Part shown: piece by piece, positions 1-9,411 of the stretch
How the letters are laid out: each line of letters begins with the position of its first letter
Numbering within the stretch: position 1 is the stretch's first letter
Origin: an uncultured Planctomycetia bacterium
GTDB lineage: Bacteria > Omnitrophota > Gorgyraeia > Tantalellales > Tantalellaceae
DNA length: 64,000 nucleotides
Direction: 5' to 3'
Assembly (NCBI GenBank): GCA_964421015.1
Contig: CAYQUS010000002.1
Span: forward strand, 72,538-136,537
Notes under the pieces: model-generated
The model's database searches: none
What the model was told of the DNA's origin: nothing
The model's input: only the letters and a program-made list of their open reading frames with translations
Translations under genes and position numbers: made by a program

Positions 1-3
1 TAT

Positions 4-77
4 TGGAGGCGCGGACCGGAGTCGCACCGGTGTACACGGTTTTGCAGACCGCTGCCTAACTGCTCGGCCACCGCGCC
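4..77 (-). tRNA. tRNA-Cys (anticodon GCA)
   Basis: Reverse complement folds as a cloverleaf: 7-bp acceptor GGCGCGG/CCGCGCC, anticodon loop CTGCAAA, T-arm ACCGG-TGCGACT-CCGGT, 3' CCA. Very similar to E. coli tRNA-Cys. Unusual G at T-loop position 55. Confidence 0.6.
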
Positions 78-289
78 ATTATGCTTATAACGCTTTTATT
101 GGACACATGTTACCCTCAACGAACAAGAGAACTCCCTTCCGGGAATCCCCCTGACGGGCTGTGATTTTATCATATATCGGGTGTTTTGAGAAGGATTTAT
201 TGTCCGGGATATCCCTGGGACAAGGGATATAAACATAACACTATTCCCTAAAGGGGGTTACGTTAAACCTTTTGGATTTTTCTCCGCCC

Positions 290-847
290 TTATTTTTTTC
301 GTATCTTTGTTATCTTGGCTCCTTCGAGAGTAAGGTTGTACATAAGCCCTTTCTGCCCGAAAACGACTCCGACTATGGGTTCATTGAGACTCGCTGAATC
401 TATGGCCCCGCCGGCGCCTATGGCTATGACCGCCACTGAAGCATCAGCACCTATCTTCCACCCGGAACTTTCACGAAACCGCCTTAGAGCGTTTTCGTCA
501 AGAAACGCTATTATTATTGTTTTTTTCTGCCCCCCAAGCTGAAATCCTATGGACGCGGCGGCGGTGTTATAGTAATCTACGGTCTTTCCGTTTATTCTCA
601 GGGCTCCCTCTCCGAATTCCCCTCCTATTCCCAATCCCGCCTTGAGGACTATAGGGAACACCAGTATTCCCTTCGCTTTTGTCAGAACATTGTCAGCCCC
701 CTTTATATCCTTGAAAATCTCTATTGCTCTGTCAACGTCAGCGTCGATAGCTTCGGCGGTAGCGGCCAGGGACTTTTCAACGGGAAAAACGAATATGGAC
801 GCGGCAATGACCGCGGCCGTTAAAACTTTTATCAGTTCCCTTCTCAT
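290..847 (-). CDS. SYLF (Ysc84/DUF500) lipid-binding domain protein with signal peptide
   Basis: Gly-rich repeats (GLGIGGEFGEGAL, IGFQLGG, IAIGAGGAID) typical of SYLF/Ysc84. N-terminal hydrophobic signal. Start at M18 of the track ORF, preceded by AAGGAG. Confidence 0.55.
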   Translation of the reverse strand: MRRELIKVLTAAVIAASIFVFPVEKSLAATAEAIDADVDRAIEIFKDIKGADNVLTKAKGILVFPIVLKAGLGIGGEFGEGALRINGKTVDYYNTAAASIGFQLGGQKKTIIIAFLDENALRRFRESSGWKIGADASVAVIAIGAGGAIDSASLNEPIVGVVFGQKGLMYNLTLEGAKITKIRKK

Positions 848-899
848 TTCACTTCTCCTTTTTTGTTCGGAAAGTTTTATCGCCCTTATTACCGGCAAC

Positions 900-1343
900 C
901 TACTCCTGCCAGACTATCTCCCCGTCAAGGAAAAGAACGTTCCTTCCCGGGGCAACATGGTTTCCTTCCTTGTCATAGACCATAGGCATATTTTCCGAAG
1001 TTTTCACCGAGAGGTCCGGCACATAAACATAATCCGGATCGTCTATCGTCCCTACGGGTCTGGACGCCGGACAGTTCATTATGTTCTTGTCGGACAGATA
1101 TTTTTCCTCATAAAGCGTTTTAAGCGACGGCGGGAACCTGCCGTCATTCCTGTTGGCATACATGTAGAGCGCTACCCCTATCTTCTTGAGATTACTGTCG
1201 CATTCCACTCTCATGTGCCTTTGATTTACATGCCTTATCACGGGCGCGAAGACCATTATAAGCACCGCGGCCACGGCCAGAACAACAGCCAGTTCTCCGA
1301 TAGTGAACCCTTTTTCTCCCAGACCTGTTTTATCCCGCATCAT
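900..1343 (-). CDS. Prepilin-type N-terminal cleavage/methylation domain protein, DUF1559-like (H-X9-DG)
   Basis: N-terminal GFTIGELAVVLAVAAVLI prepilin motif. C-terminal H-x(9-10)-DG (HVAPGRNVLFLDG) as in PVC-superphylum DUF1559 proteins. Confidence 0.55.
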   Translation of the reverse strand: MMRDKTGLGEKGFTIGELAVVLAVAAVLIMVFAPVIRHVNQRHMRVECDSNLKKIGVALYMYANRNDGRFPPSLKTLYEEKYLSDKNIMNCPASRPVGTIDDPDYVYVPDLSVKTSENMPMVYDKEGNHVAPGRNVLFLDGEIVWQE

Positions 1344-2010
1344 ATCGCTTCTCTCCCAGAAGACCGGCGGTTTTTCTGAATATGATACCAGCTATCTTTC
1401 TTTTGCCGGCTCCTCTCACCTCTTGCCTGTCTCCGTTCTTCCCGATGAGTATGTAGTCGGTCACTGTTTCCCCGAACGGGAGATCCCCTTTACCGGCGCT
1501 ATTTAGCACCACAAGGTCCAGCGACTTGTTTTTAAGCTTCTTCACGGCATTTTCTTCGTTAAGCCCTGTCTCCAGAGCGAACCCTACTTTCACTAAACCG
1601 CGGGAGCGCCCCAGTTCCTTGAGTATATCGGGGTTTTTCACGACCTTTATCGCCGCCACCCGGTCTTTTTTTATTTTTTCCTTCGAGACATCTACGGGCC
1701 TGAAATCACAAACCGCGGCGGCCATTACAAGACACCTGGCGCCCCTTATTCTTTTTTTCAATTCCCGGAGCATCTCCCGGGCGGTGGTAACGTTGATGAC
1801 TTCGGCTCCCATTGGGGTACGGATCCCCACGGGTCCCGTTATCAGACATACTTCATACCCGGCAGAAAGGAATTCCCTGGCTATTGAATATCCCATGACC
1901 CCGGTGGACCGGTTGCTTATGTACCTTACAGGATCAAGGTATTCCACCGTGGGCCCGGCGGTAATAAGGACTTTCCCCGTCTTTTTGCGCGGCGCTGTTT
2001 CCGCTCTCAC
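1330..2010 (-). CDS. coaB: Phosphopantothenate-cysteine ligase (CoaB domain of Dfp), GTG start
   Basis: ITAGPTxExxDPVRxISNRSTG CoaB signature. Begins 1 nt after the coaC stop, in the +1 frame. Confidence 0.85.
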   Translation of the reverse strand: MRAETAPRKKTGKVLITAGPTVEYLDPVRYISNRSTGVMGYSIAREFLSAGYEVCLITGPVGIRTPMGAEVINVTTAREMLRELKKRIRGARCLVMAAAVCDFRPVDVSKEKIKKDRVAAIKVVKNPDILKELGRSRGLVKVGFALETGLNEENAVKKLKNKSLDLVVLNSAGKGDLPFGETVTDYILIGKNGDRQEVRGAGKRKIAGIIFRKTAGLLGEKRYDAG

Positions 2011-2011
2011 G

Positions 2012-2569
2012 TTATTTTTCTTTTTTTTGTTTTTTTTGAAGAAGTTTTTCCGCTATCTCGGCTATATTCTCCACCGGGGCTAGATGCCCCAGCCCGGATC
2101 GTCCGCAGGCCAGACGCCCTTCAACGGGATCGGCAAAAAAATACCCTTTGCTTCGGAGATATTCGATCTTGTCCTGTATTATGGGGTTAAGGAACATTCT
2201 CGTGTTCATTGCCGGAGCTATCAGGACCGGGCACGAGCAGGCCGCGACCGTGCAGGTAAGAATGTCATCGCATATTCCTGAGGCTATTTTTCCTATTACG
2301 TCCGCGGTGGCCGGGGCTATGACGATAAGATCCGCTTCGTCGGATATGGAGATGTGCTCCGGCGTCATTTTCTCCGGCCTTTTGAACATATCAGAAACGA
2401 CTTTCTCGCCGCTCAGTGTTTCTAGGGTGGTCCTGGTAACGAACCATTTGGCATCCCTGGACATGAGGCACTTCACGGAATGTCCCTTTTTCCTTAAGAC
2501 ACCGATGAGGTCGCAGGCCTTGTAGGCCGCTATGCTGGCGGTCACTCCCAGTACTATTTTTTTTGACAT
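2012..2569 (-). CDS. coaC: Phosphopantothenoylcysteine decarboxylase (CoaC flavoprotein domain of Dfp)
   Basis: N-terminal flavoprotein fold (IVLGVTASIAAYK...PAMN). Ends in a lysine-rich tail encoded by A8 runs. Confidence 0.85.
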   Translation of the reverse strand: MSKKIVLGVTASIAAYKACDLIGVLRKKGHSVKCLMSRDAKWFVTRTTLETLSGEKVVSDMFKRPEKMTPEHISISDEADLIVIAPATADVIGKIASGICDDILTCTVAACSCPVLIAPAMNTRMFLNPIIQDKIEYLRSKGYFFADPVEGRLACGRSGLGHLAPVENIAEIAEKLLQKKQKKEK

Positions 2570-2592
2570 TGTTCCCCGGTTCCGGGTTCAGT

Positions 2593-2790
2593 TTACTTGC
2601 TTTTCTTCAGAGAGACCACGTCCGCGGCTATCTCCCTTATCGCCGTAGTCGTAACTTTTTCTTTCGGATCCGAATCCAGCAGTTTGCGCGCGCCGCTATT
2701 GAGCTCCATAGCCCTTACGGCTGCCATGTTGCAGAGTTTATAGATACTTCCTGTTTTCGCGAAGAGCTCGTCCATTGATATATTTTTCAT
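2593..2790 (-). CDS. rpoZ: DNA-directed RNA polymerase subunit omega
   Basis: 65 aa, conserved omega core (LCNMAAVRAMELN), directly downstream of gmk. Confidence 0.7.
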   Translation of the reverse strand: MKNISMDELFAKTGSIYKLCNMAAVRAMELNSGARKLLDSDPKEKVTTTAIREIAADVVSLKKSK

Positions 2791-3392
2791 CTTTCCGCCT
2801 TTTTGTTTATTTTTTTGCGGTTGTCCCTTTCTTTCTCAATTACCTGCCTCACCTCGTCCACCGCTTCCTCTATCCGGTTGTTCACCACCAGAAAATCGTA
2901 CTCGTCGGAAGCCGCCACTTCTTTTTTTGATTCCCTGAGCCTTATCGCCACCTGGTTCTCGGCGTCGGTCTTCCGTTTTCTGAGGCGTGACTCCAGCTCC
3001 TGCATCGATGGGGGCATAACAAAAACACTTATGCTTTCCGGGAACTCTTTTTTTGCCTTCCTGGCTCCTTTCACGTCTATGCTCATCACTACGTCGCGCC
3101 CGGAATCGAGAAGTTTTTCCACCTGCTCGCGGCTGGTCCCGTAAAAATTCCCGAAATTCTCCTCCCACTCGAGAAACTCCCCGTTATCCCTCATCTTATC
3201 GAAAACCTCTCTGGAAACGAAGATGTAATCCTCACCGTTCTTTTCGCCGTCCCGGGGCGGCCTTGTAGTGTAGGAGATGGACCTTGATATATTGTCCATG
3301 CTTTCCATGAGCCGCGATACTATCGTCGTCTTCCCGCTTCCCGATGGAGCGGAAAGTATCACAACTATGGACTCTCTTCTTTTATCCGTCAT
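2787..3392 (-). CDS. gmk: Guanylate kinase
   Basis: P-loop SAPSGSGKTT, GMP-binding region, canonical length. Confidence 0.9.
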   Translation of the reverse strand: MTDKRRESIVVILSAPSGSGKTTIVSRLMESMDNISRSISYTTRPPRDGEKNGEDYIFVSREVFDKMRDNGEFLEWEENFGNFYGTSREQVEKLLDSGRDVVMSIDVKGARKAKKEFPESISVFVMPPSMQELESRLRKRKTDAENQVAIRLRESKKEVAASDEYDFLVVNNRIEEAVDEVRQVIEKERDNRKKINKKAER

Positions 3393-3413
3393 GGATCCCC
3401 CGGGAATATCCCG

Positions 3414-4295
3414 TCACTCTATGTTCTTTATCTGTTCCCTCATTTTCTCTATCTCGCTCTTTATCTCTATCACGGCCCGGGACATCCTTATGTCCGCCGA
3501 TTTCGACCCTATGGTGTTCGCCTCGCGCTGCATTTCCTGAGCTATGAAATCAAGTTTTTTCCCGGCCTCTTCTTCCTCCGCCTTCATGGCCTCCATGTAA
3601 GACGCTATGTGCCCTCCGAGACGGGTCACTTCTTCCGTCACATCCGTGTTCCTGGCGAAAAGGGCAACTTCTGTCTCTATCCTGCCGCGGTCATGGTCCG
3701 CGCCGTTCTTTATCTGAGAAACTGTTTCCGTAAGCTTTTTCCGGAATTCCTCTGAGCTTTCCAGGCTATACTTCGCTATCTCGCCGTTAAGTTTCTTAAG
3801 TTTGGCGAGCCTTGCCATAAAATCTTTCGCCAACCTTCTGCCCTCGGCCTTGCGGAAACGGACCAGTCTGTCGACAGCCTTTACAAGAGCTTTTTCCATG
3901 TAAGGCCATATTTTGTCCTCGCTCTCCTCGGAGGCCGTCTCTACTATTCCCGGAAGCGCGAGAAGTTCCTTTATGCCTATTTCCCCTCCAAGTCCCAGGG
4001 CTTTCTGTACCGACCTTACCTGTTTCAAAAATTCACGGGCGGCAGCCTTATTTATTTCCGTATGTTTAAGCGGTTTGTGCTCTCCTTTTATCTCCCGTCC
4101 TATCCTGACAAAGGCCTTACCCCTGTGAACCTTGCCTTCAAAAATTTCCTTTATCTTTTCTTCCAAAAGGAAAAACCCGTTAAAAGGGCTGCAGGCTATG
4201 CTAAGGCTTTTGTGATTAAGCGTCTTTATCTCGGCTATTATCTTTCCGTAAGGGCTTTTCTCGGAAGCCTTGCCGAACCCTGTCATCGATAACAT
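3414..4295 (-). CDS. yicC: YicC family stress-induced protein
   Basis: N-terminal MxxMTGFG motif, length and conserved yicC-gmk-rpoZ synteny. Confidence 0.8.
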   Translation of the reverse strand: MLSMTGFGKASEKSPYGKIIAEIKTLNHKSLSIACSPFNGFFLLEEKIKEIFEGKVHRGKAFVRIGREIKGEHKPLKHTEINKAAAREFLKQVRSVQKALGLGGEIGIKELLALPGIVETASEESEDKIWPYMEKALVKAVDRLVRFRKAEGRRLAKDFMARLAKLKKLNGEIAKYSLESSEEFRKKLTETVSQIKNGADHDRGRIETEVALFARNTDVTEEVTRLGGHIASYMEAMKAEEEEAGKKLDFIAQEMQREANTIGSKSADIRMSRAVIEIKSEIEKMREQIKNIE

Positions 4296-4326
4296 TCTCG
4301 CGTCTCCTTTTGCGTCCGTTCCCGGA

Positions 4327-4830
4327 TCAGGCCCAGACTCTGGTTTTTGCCAGGGTCTCGACCTCTTTGGTCTTGTACATCTCTTTAAGCACTTCCGCCG
4401 GAGAAAACCACAGTTTTATCTCTCTTTCCGCATCCTCTTCATTAGCGGAAGCATGTATCACATTCTCATAAACTCCCTTTGTGGTTATTCTTCCGTAAGA
4501 CCCTCTTATTGAAACCGAGTCCGCCTCTTCCGGGTTGGTCTTCCCGCAAAGCTCCCTGACCTTCCGTATGGCTCCTTCTCCCCAGTAAACAAGGGCCATT
4601 ACTTTTTTCTTATGGTATTCTCCCATTATGTACTTTATAAGTTCTTCGAAGAAGGGCTGGCCTTTAAGCGCTTTGTAGTGTTCCTCTGCCAGTTCACGGG
4701 ACACTTTTACCATTTTTGCGCCTACTATCTCCAGTTTTGTCTCCGAAAGCCTTGTTAGAATGTTGCCTGTAAGCGATTTTTTCAGCCCGTCCGGCTTTAT
4801 CAATATTAATGTCTGATTAATATCTTCCAT
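4327..4830 (-). CDS. ndk: Nucleoside diphosphate kinase
   Basis: ERTLILIKPDG-like N-terminus and NxIHASD active-site region. Confidence 0.9.
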   Translation of the reverse strand: MEDINQTLILIKPDGLKKSLTGNILTRLSETKLEIVGAKMVKVSRELAEEHYKALKGQPFFEELIKYIMGEYHKKKVMALVYWGEGAIRKVRELCGKTNPEEADSVSIRGSYGRITTKGVYENVIHASANEEDAEREIKLWFSPAEVLKEMYKTKEVETLAKTRVWA

Positions 4831-4954
4831 GTTCTCGTCCCTCTTTAGGTTAGTTTTTGATTTTTCTCTGTTTCAGGTACGTTATTCTACCAGCTTGCCG
4901 TCAAAAGTCAAGATAGGTATCTTTTTCCCTAAAATGCTCTCCGAAAAGCCTATC

Positions 4955-6616
4955 TCACTTCCCGCCGCTGTCGGCCTCCGGAAGCTTTATGCCGTATCTG
5001 TCGCTTAACTGCCTTATTTCCTCCGTGAAATGTCCCCCGGCAGTCTCTTCCATGGTATCTTTTCCCACAAGATCGTACAGTTTATTGAAAGCCCAGGACC
5101 TTTCAATGTCCTCCGTCCCGGGATCTGCCTCGCTCAGCTTTTTCTTGAAAATTATCTCTTTAACCGCCCCGTCAACTTCCCCCAGGACCTGCATTGAAAA
5201 AACGTCTTCATCTCCGTATTTGCCGTATATTGTGATGCCCTTGGAATGAAAAAAGTCGGGGAGCTCTCTCGGGAAGACCTCTTTCTGTCCCATGCCACTC
5301 ATCCTGTATCTTACGTCGGTCATTATAGGAGAAGCTATCTCCGCGTACATCTTAACAAGGTCCCTGCCGGCGCTGTCGCTGGCGTTGGCGAAACCGCTCC
5401 ATGCCCTGTTCTGACAGGACACGAAGTCTAAAAGATACTTGTTCACCCGTAACCCTACCCCGAAAGAGAATATCGACCTTTCCCCGGAATTGATCCTGGT
5501 TATGGTCTGTATTATCTTTCTGGAATTTATCATACCCAAGGTGGGCCGTCCGTCCGAGACCAAAAGCACGTATGCCGGTTTTTTCCTGGGCTTCTCGCTC
5601 ACTATCCCCAAAAGAGCCGTCTCTATATCAGTCCTTTCCCCCGCTTCAAGAGTGCCTATAAAAGCTCGTGCCTCCGTTATTTTTTCCGGGGTGGCCCTGA
5701 CAGAGTATCCGGAGAACCTGTTGATCTCGTTCTTGAAAGAAACGATATTGAACGAGTCTTTTTCGCCGAGTTTACCCAGTATCTCAATGAGCCCTTTTTT
5801 TGCGTTCTCGAACCTTAACCCAGTCACGCTTTTCGAGGAATCCATCAGGAACACTATTTCTTTCGGCATGGCTTCGATTCGGATGCCTTTTTTGACGCCG
5901 ACGTGAACGCTGAAGAACTTTTCTCCCGTAGCCTTGTTTTTGAAGGTTTGAAGCGTAGCCTCGAGATATGAAGCCATATCCTCGTATTTACCCACTCTTT
6001 CCACTTTTTTTACGGCGTCCTCTTCGCCCCACCCGGCCTCGACCTCCATCCTTCCTTCTCCCTCGAACGATATCCCCTCTTTCTCGTTCTGGAGAACCTC
6101 CCTTCCTTCATATCCCGGTTCCTCGAAATTTATCTTCGGAGCTTCGGCCACGCTGGAAGGCCCTTTCGCCAGAACGACCTCCACAAGAGCTCTGGCCTCG
6201 GGCCTGGCAGTTTCCTGTATCCTTTTTTCGGAAGGCTTCAAAAGATCTTCCGGGGCAGGGTTCTCTTTCGCCGACTCCACGGGCTCCCTGGAATTATCAA
6301 GCATATTCTTCTTTTTCTTGGTCTTAAGCGCCTTTTCCTGCTGTTCAAGGGCTTCCGAATGTTCCAGGGCTATTTCTTCCGTTATTTTTTCGCTGTCCGG
6401 TCTTGCCGAAGGCGGGGCGGTCTTTTCGGTTTCCCTGAAAAGAGCTATAGCTTCCGGGGTATTATCCACGTCCTTTATGCGGAATATCTTTTTTGTCCGG
6501 TCCTCCATGGCTCCCATGCCCGGCATTACAAGGTGCCTGGACCAGGCGAAAAAAACCCCGTGCAGGAAGATGGATATTGAAACCGCCAAGAGTATTTTAC
6601 TGTGTCTTCGATCCAT
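4955..6616 (-). CDS. Membrane-anchored von Willebrand factor type A (VWA) domain protein
   Basis: N-terminal TM helix, long E/K-rich linker, C-terminal VWA with MIDAS DSSKS motif (FLMDSSKSVTG). Confidence 0.65.
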   Translation of the reverse strand: MDRRHSKILLAVSISIFLHGVFFAWSRHLVMPGMGAMEDRTKKIFRIKDVDNTPEAIALFRETEKTAPPSARPDSEKITEEIALEHSEALEQQEKALKTKKKKNMLDNSREPVESAKENPAPEDLLKPSEKRIQETARPEARALVEVVLAKGPSSVAEAPKINFEEPGYEGREVLQNEKEGISFEGEGRMEVEAGWGEEDAVKKVERVGKYEDMASYLEATLQTFKNKATGEKFFSVHVGVKKGIRIEAMPKEIVFLMDSSKSVTGLRFENAKKGLIEILGKLGEKDSFNIVSFKNEINRFSGYSVRATPEKITEARAFIGTLEAGERTDIETALLGIVSEKPRKKPAYVLLVSDGRPTLGMINSRKIIQTITRINSGERSIFSFGVGLRVNKYLLDFVSCQNRAWSGFANASDSAGRDLVKMYAEIASPIMTDVRYRMSGMGQKEVFPRELPDFFHSKGITIYGKYGDEDVFSMQVLGEVDGAVKEIIFKKKLSEADPGTEDIERSWAFNKLYDLVGKDTMEETAGGHFTEEIRQLSDRYGIKLPEADSGGK

Positions 6617-8963
6617 TTATCCCCGCGATCTCTTTTTCCGCCTTCTCTGACAGTGGATGAGAGGGGTATCTCTTCACAAGTTCCTTAAAAAGTTTTTCCG
6701 CTTCTTTCTCCTGTCCGGATTTCATATAGCTCTCTCCGGCCTTAAAGAGCGCCGATGGAACCGTCTCGGCGTCGTCGTAAAGGATGCCCACCATCGCGTA
6801 CTGCCTGGCTGCCTCTGAAAAATCTTTTTCCCCGGCGTAAAGATCCCCCATTTCCATCCTGGCAAGGGCTCCCGTAACGTTATCTCTGTCCCCGGAAAGA
6901 GCTTTGCCGAGGAACTCAATCGCTTTTTCCCTGTCGCCGGAACGCGCGTAGGTCCTGCCCATGCCCAGATAACATCTTTCTTTTCTTGGCGAAACCGCGC
7001 CTTTGTCGATCGCCATAGTAAAATATTTTACGGCCTCTTCCGACTCGCCTGTATTCCTCAAATTCTCGCCCATAAGATAAAGAACATCGGGGTCGCTTTC
7101 CGCCGGATAGATCTTTGCCATGGCCCTTAGCACTTCAAGGGCCTTTTCGTTCTCTTTCTTTTCCGTGTAATATTCCGCCGTCCACATATAGACCTCTTTT
7201 TTTATCCCGGCGTGAGTTCCTATGCTTTCCGATATCACCGCGTAGTAGGCTTCGGCGGCGGCCTCCTCTTCTCCTTTCTGGAACAGGCTGAAAGCGACGG
7301 CCTCAGAGGCTTTAACCGCAAGCTCTCCCCCTTTGTTGGCCGCTTCCCTGAAATCAAGTATGGCCCTGTCCCAATCCTGTTTTTTCTGGTACGATATGGC
7401 CCTCCAGTAAAAGACGTTGCCGGTTATCTCCGAAAAAGGGAACTCTTCAAGAAGCGTATCGTAAGTTGCTATGGCTTCGTCATATCTTCCCTGCTCGTAA
7501 AGAGCCCTGGCCTTCTGATATATGGCGAACTGCCTCTGCGGATCTTTTTCATATTCGTTCAGAAATCTCTCGTAAACATCGGCGGCTTCGTCGTATTTCC
7601 CGCCTTTAAGGGCTTCCTGTCCTACTTTAAGAAGAACCCCCGGGCTCCTCTCGTCTTCCGGGAACTCTTCGACGAATTTTTTATGTTCTTCCGCCCCCTG
7701 GGACGTCTCTCCTTTCTGATAATGCGCCCAGCCTTTGTCGTAAAGGACCTCTCTCCTGAAAAGCGTGTCGGGATATTTTTTCAGTATTTCTGCGTAGACC
7801 TTTATGGCCTCGTCCCAATCACCCTTGGCTCCAAGCACCTTCCCCTTCATGTACACGGCCTCGTCGACATCCTGTTCTTTTTCCTCTTCAAGATACTTCT
7901 CCGTTTCCGCAAGGCATTTTTCGTATTCCCCCGTCTTGTAAAGCGTCCAGCAGTTATTTACCCTGGCCCTTCTCTCTATCCTTTTGTCCCTCGCTCCCGC
8001 TATTATCTCCCCGTAAAGTTTTCCCGCCTCATCAAAGATCTCTTCGTTAAGACAGCTGTTGGCCATGAGGAATTTAACGCGGAACTTGGCTTCCTCATTC
8101 TCCATTCCGGCAAGCAGTATCTTCCCCTCGTTTATTACGTCCCCGTCCCGTCCTTCTCTGGAGAGGACCGCTACTATCCCTATCGAGGCCCTGTCGACAA
8201 AATCCCCAGAGGCAGCCGCGCCAAGAACCTCTCGGTATTTTTCTATCGCCCTCTGCGCGCTTCCCGAAAGCGAAAATGCCTCGGCCGCCCTGAGAGCGGC
8301 TTCCATTGCCGCCTCCGGGGTTTCCGCCGCGGAAGATGTTTCCGTGTATACTTCGGCGGCCTCCGAAAATTCTTTTTCTTCCGACAGAATGTCTCCCAGC
8401 GCCAGACCCGCGAAGTCTCGGTAACCCCCCTGGGGGTACCTTTCCAGAAAGTCCTCAAAGGCCTCTCTGGCCTCTTTCTTTTTCCCGGATTTAAGAAGAA
8501 TATCGGCAAGGTAGTATTCCGCGGTCTCGGCTGTCTCGGCGGAAACGCCTTCGGTGTCCATCGCCTCTTTGAAATATCTTTCAGCCTGTTCCATCTCTCC
8601 CATGGAAAACCTGATCTGCCCGAGCCTTAACCTGGCATCGGCGGCTACCCCGGCGGAAGGTTCTCCTTCAAGAAGGCTTTCGAACTTTTCCGCCGCTTTG
8701 CCGTTCTCCCTCATCAGAAAATAACTTTCCGCCAAACGGTATCTTGCTTCTTCCGAGTACCTGCTTGAGGGATACTTGGAAATAAATTCCCCGTAGGCCT
8801 CGGCCGCCATATCGTACATGCCCCTTGAGAGAAGCCCGTTAGCGAAATCGTAAGATTCTTTTTCCTGCCTTGCGTCGGGCTGCGCCGAAAAAGCCGTATC
8901 CCGAGGGAGGGCGGCCGCGGTGATAATTACCGCGAAAACCGCCGGTCGCAGAATTTTTGTCAT
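6597..8963 (-). CDS. Secreted tetratricopeptide (TPR) repeat protein
   Basis: Signal peptide followed by about 20 TPR-like repeats (recurrent W-LG-Y-G-A-F patterns). Confidence 0.75.
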   Translation of the reverse strand: MTKILRPAVFAVIITAAALPRDTAFSAQPDARQEKESYDFANGLLSRGMYDMAAEAYGEFISKYPSSRYSEEARYRLAESYFLMRENGKAAEKFESLLEGEPSAGVAADARLRLGQIRFSMGEMEQAERYFKEAMDTEGVSAETAETAEYYLADILLKSGKKKEAREAFEDFLERYPQGGYRDFAGLALGDILSEEKEFSEAAEVYTETSSAAETPEAAMEAALRAAEAFSLSGSAQRAIEKYREVLGAAASGDFVDRASIGIVAVLSREGRDGDVINEGKILLAGMENEEAKFRVKFLMANSCLNEEIFDEAGKLYGEIIAGARDKRIERRARVNNCWTLYKTGEYEKCLAETEKYLEEEKEQDVDEAVYMKGKVLGAKGDWDEAIKVYAEILKKYPDTLFRREVLYDKGWAHYQKGETSQGAEEHKKFVEEFPEDERSPGVLLKVGQEALKGGKYDEAADVYERFLNEYEKDPQRQFAIYQKARALYEQGRYDEAIATYDTLLEEFPFSEITGNVFYWRAISYQKKQDWDRAILDFREAANKGGELAVKASEAVAFSLFQKGEEEAAAEAYYAVISESIGTHAGIKKEVYMWTAEYYTEKKENEKALEVLRAMAKIYPAESDPDVLYLMGENLRNTGESEEAVKYFTMAIDKGAVSPRKERCYLGMGRTYARSGDREKAIEFLGKALSGDRDNVTGALARMEMGDLYAGEKDFSEAARQYAMVGILYDDAETVPSALFKAGESYMKSGQEKEAEKLFKELVKRYPSHPLSEKAEKEIAGINGSKTQ

Positions 8964-8985
8964 CGGAGATCTCTCCTTGTGGTTT

Positions 8986-9411
8986 TTATCTGTCCTCTTC
9001 TCTCATTGTTGCGAAAGAAACGTTCCATATATCCGCTCCGGCGCATATGTCGAGAACTCCCACTACATTCTCGTGATAGGTCATTCTGTCGGCCCGTATT
9101 ATGACCGGCTGGCTTTTATAGAGCTTCGAGATCCTTCCAAGCATTTCTCTGAGCTCTTCTCTCGAAAGCTGCCGCTGGTTGACGACTATCGTTCCGTCTT
9201 TGCGGATGTTTATTATTATTTCCCCGGGAGCCCTTTTTGTCTCAGAGACCGTCTCCGCCGTCGGGACGGTTATGTTTATTTCGGTCTCCAGCTGATAAAA
9301 GATGGACGCCGACATGAAAAACACCAGAAGAAGGAACACTATGTCTATAAGCGGCGCCATCTGGATAGCAGGGCGGTCGGGTATATTCTGCCTTACGCTG
9401 GAAAAGTTCAT
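8986..9411 (-). CDS. exbD: ExbD/TolR biopolymer transport protein
   Basis: N-terminal TM (IDIVFLLLVFFM) and periplasmic domain typical of ExbD/TolR. Confidence 0.8.
   Translation of the reverse strand: MNFSSVRQNIPDRPAIQMAPLIDIVFLLLVFFMSASIFYQLETEINITVPTAETVSETKRAPGEIIINIRKDGTIVVNQRQLSREELREMLGRISKLYKSQPVIIRADRMTYHENVVGVLDICAGADIWNVSFATMREEDR

Noticed and set aside
202-223. Near-palindrome TGTCCGGGATATCCCTGGGACA downstream of the SYLF gene
   Set aside because: Imperfect and not followed by a T-tract on either strand. Cannot assign terminator or operator function.
7212-8630. 472-aa plus-strand ORF
   Set aside because: Antisense shadow of the well-supported TPR gene. Arg/Phe/Pro-rich low-complexity translation with no motif.
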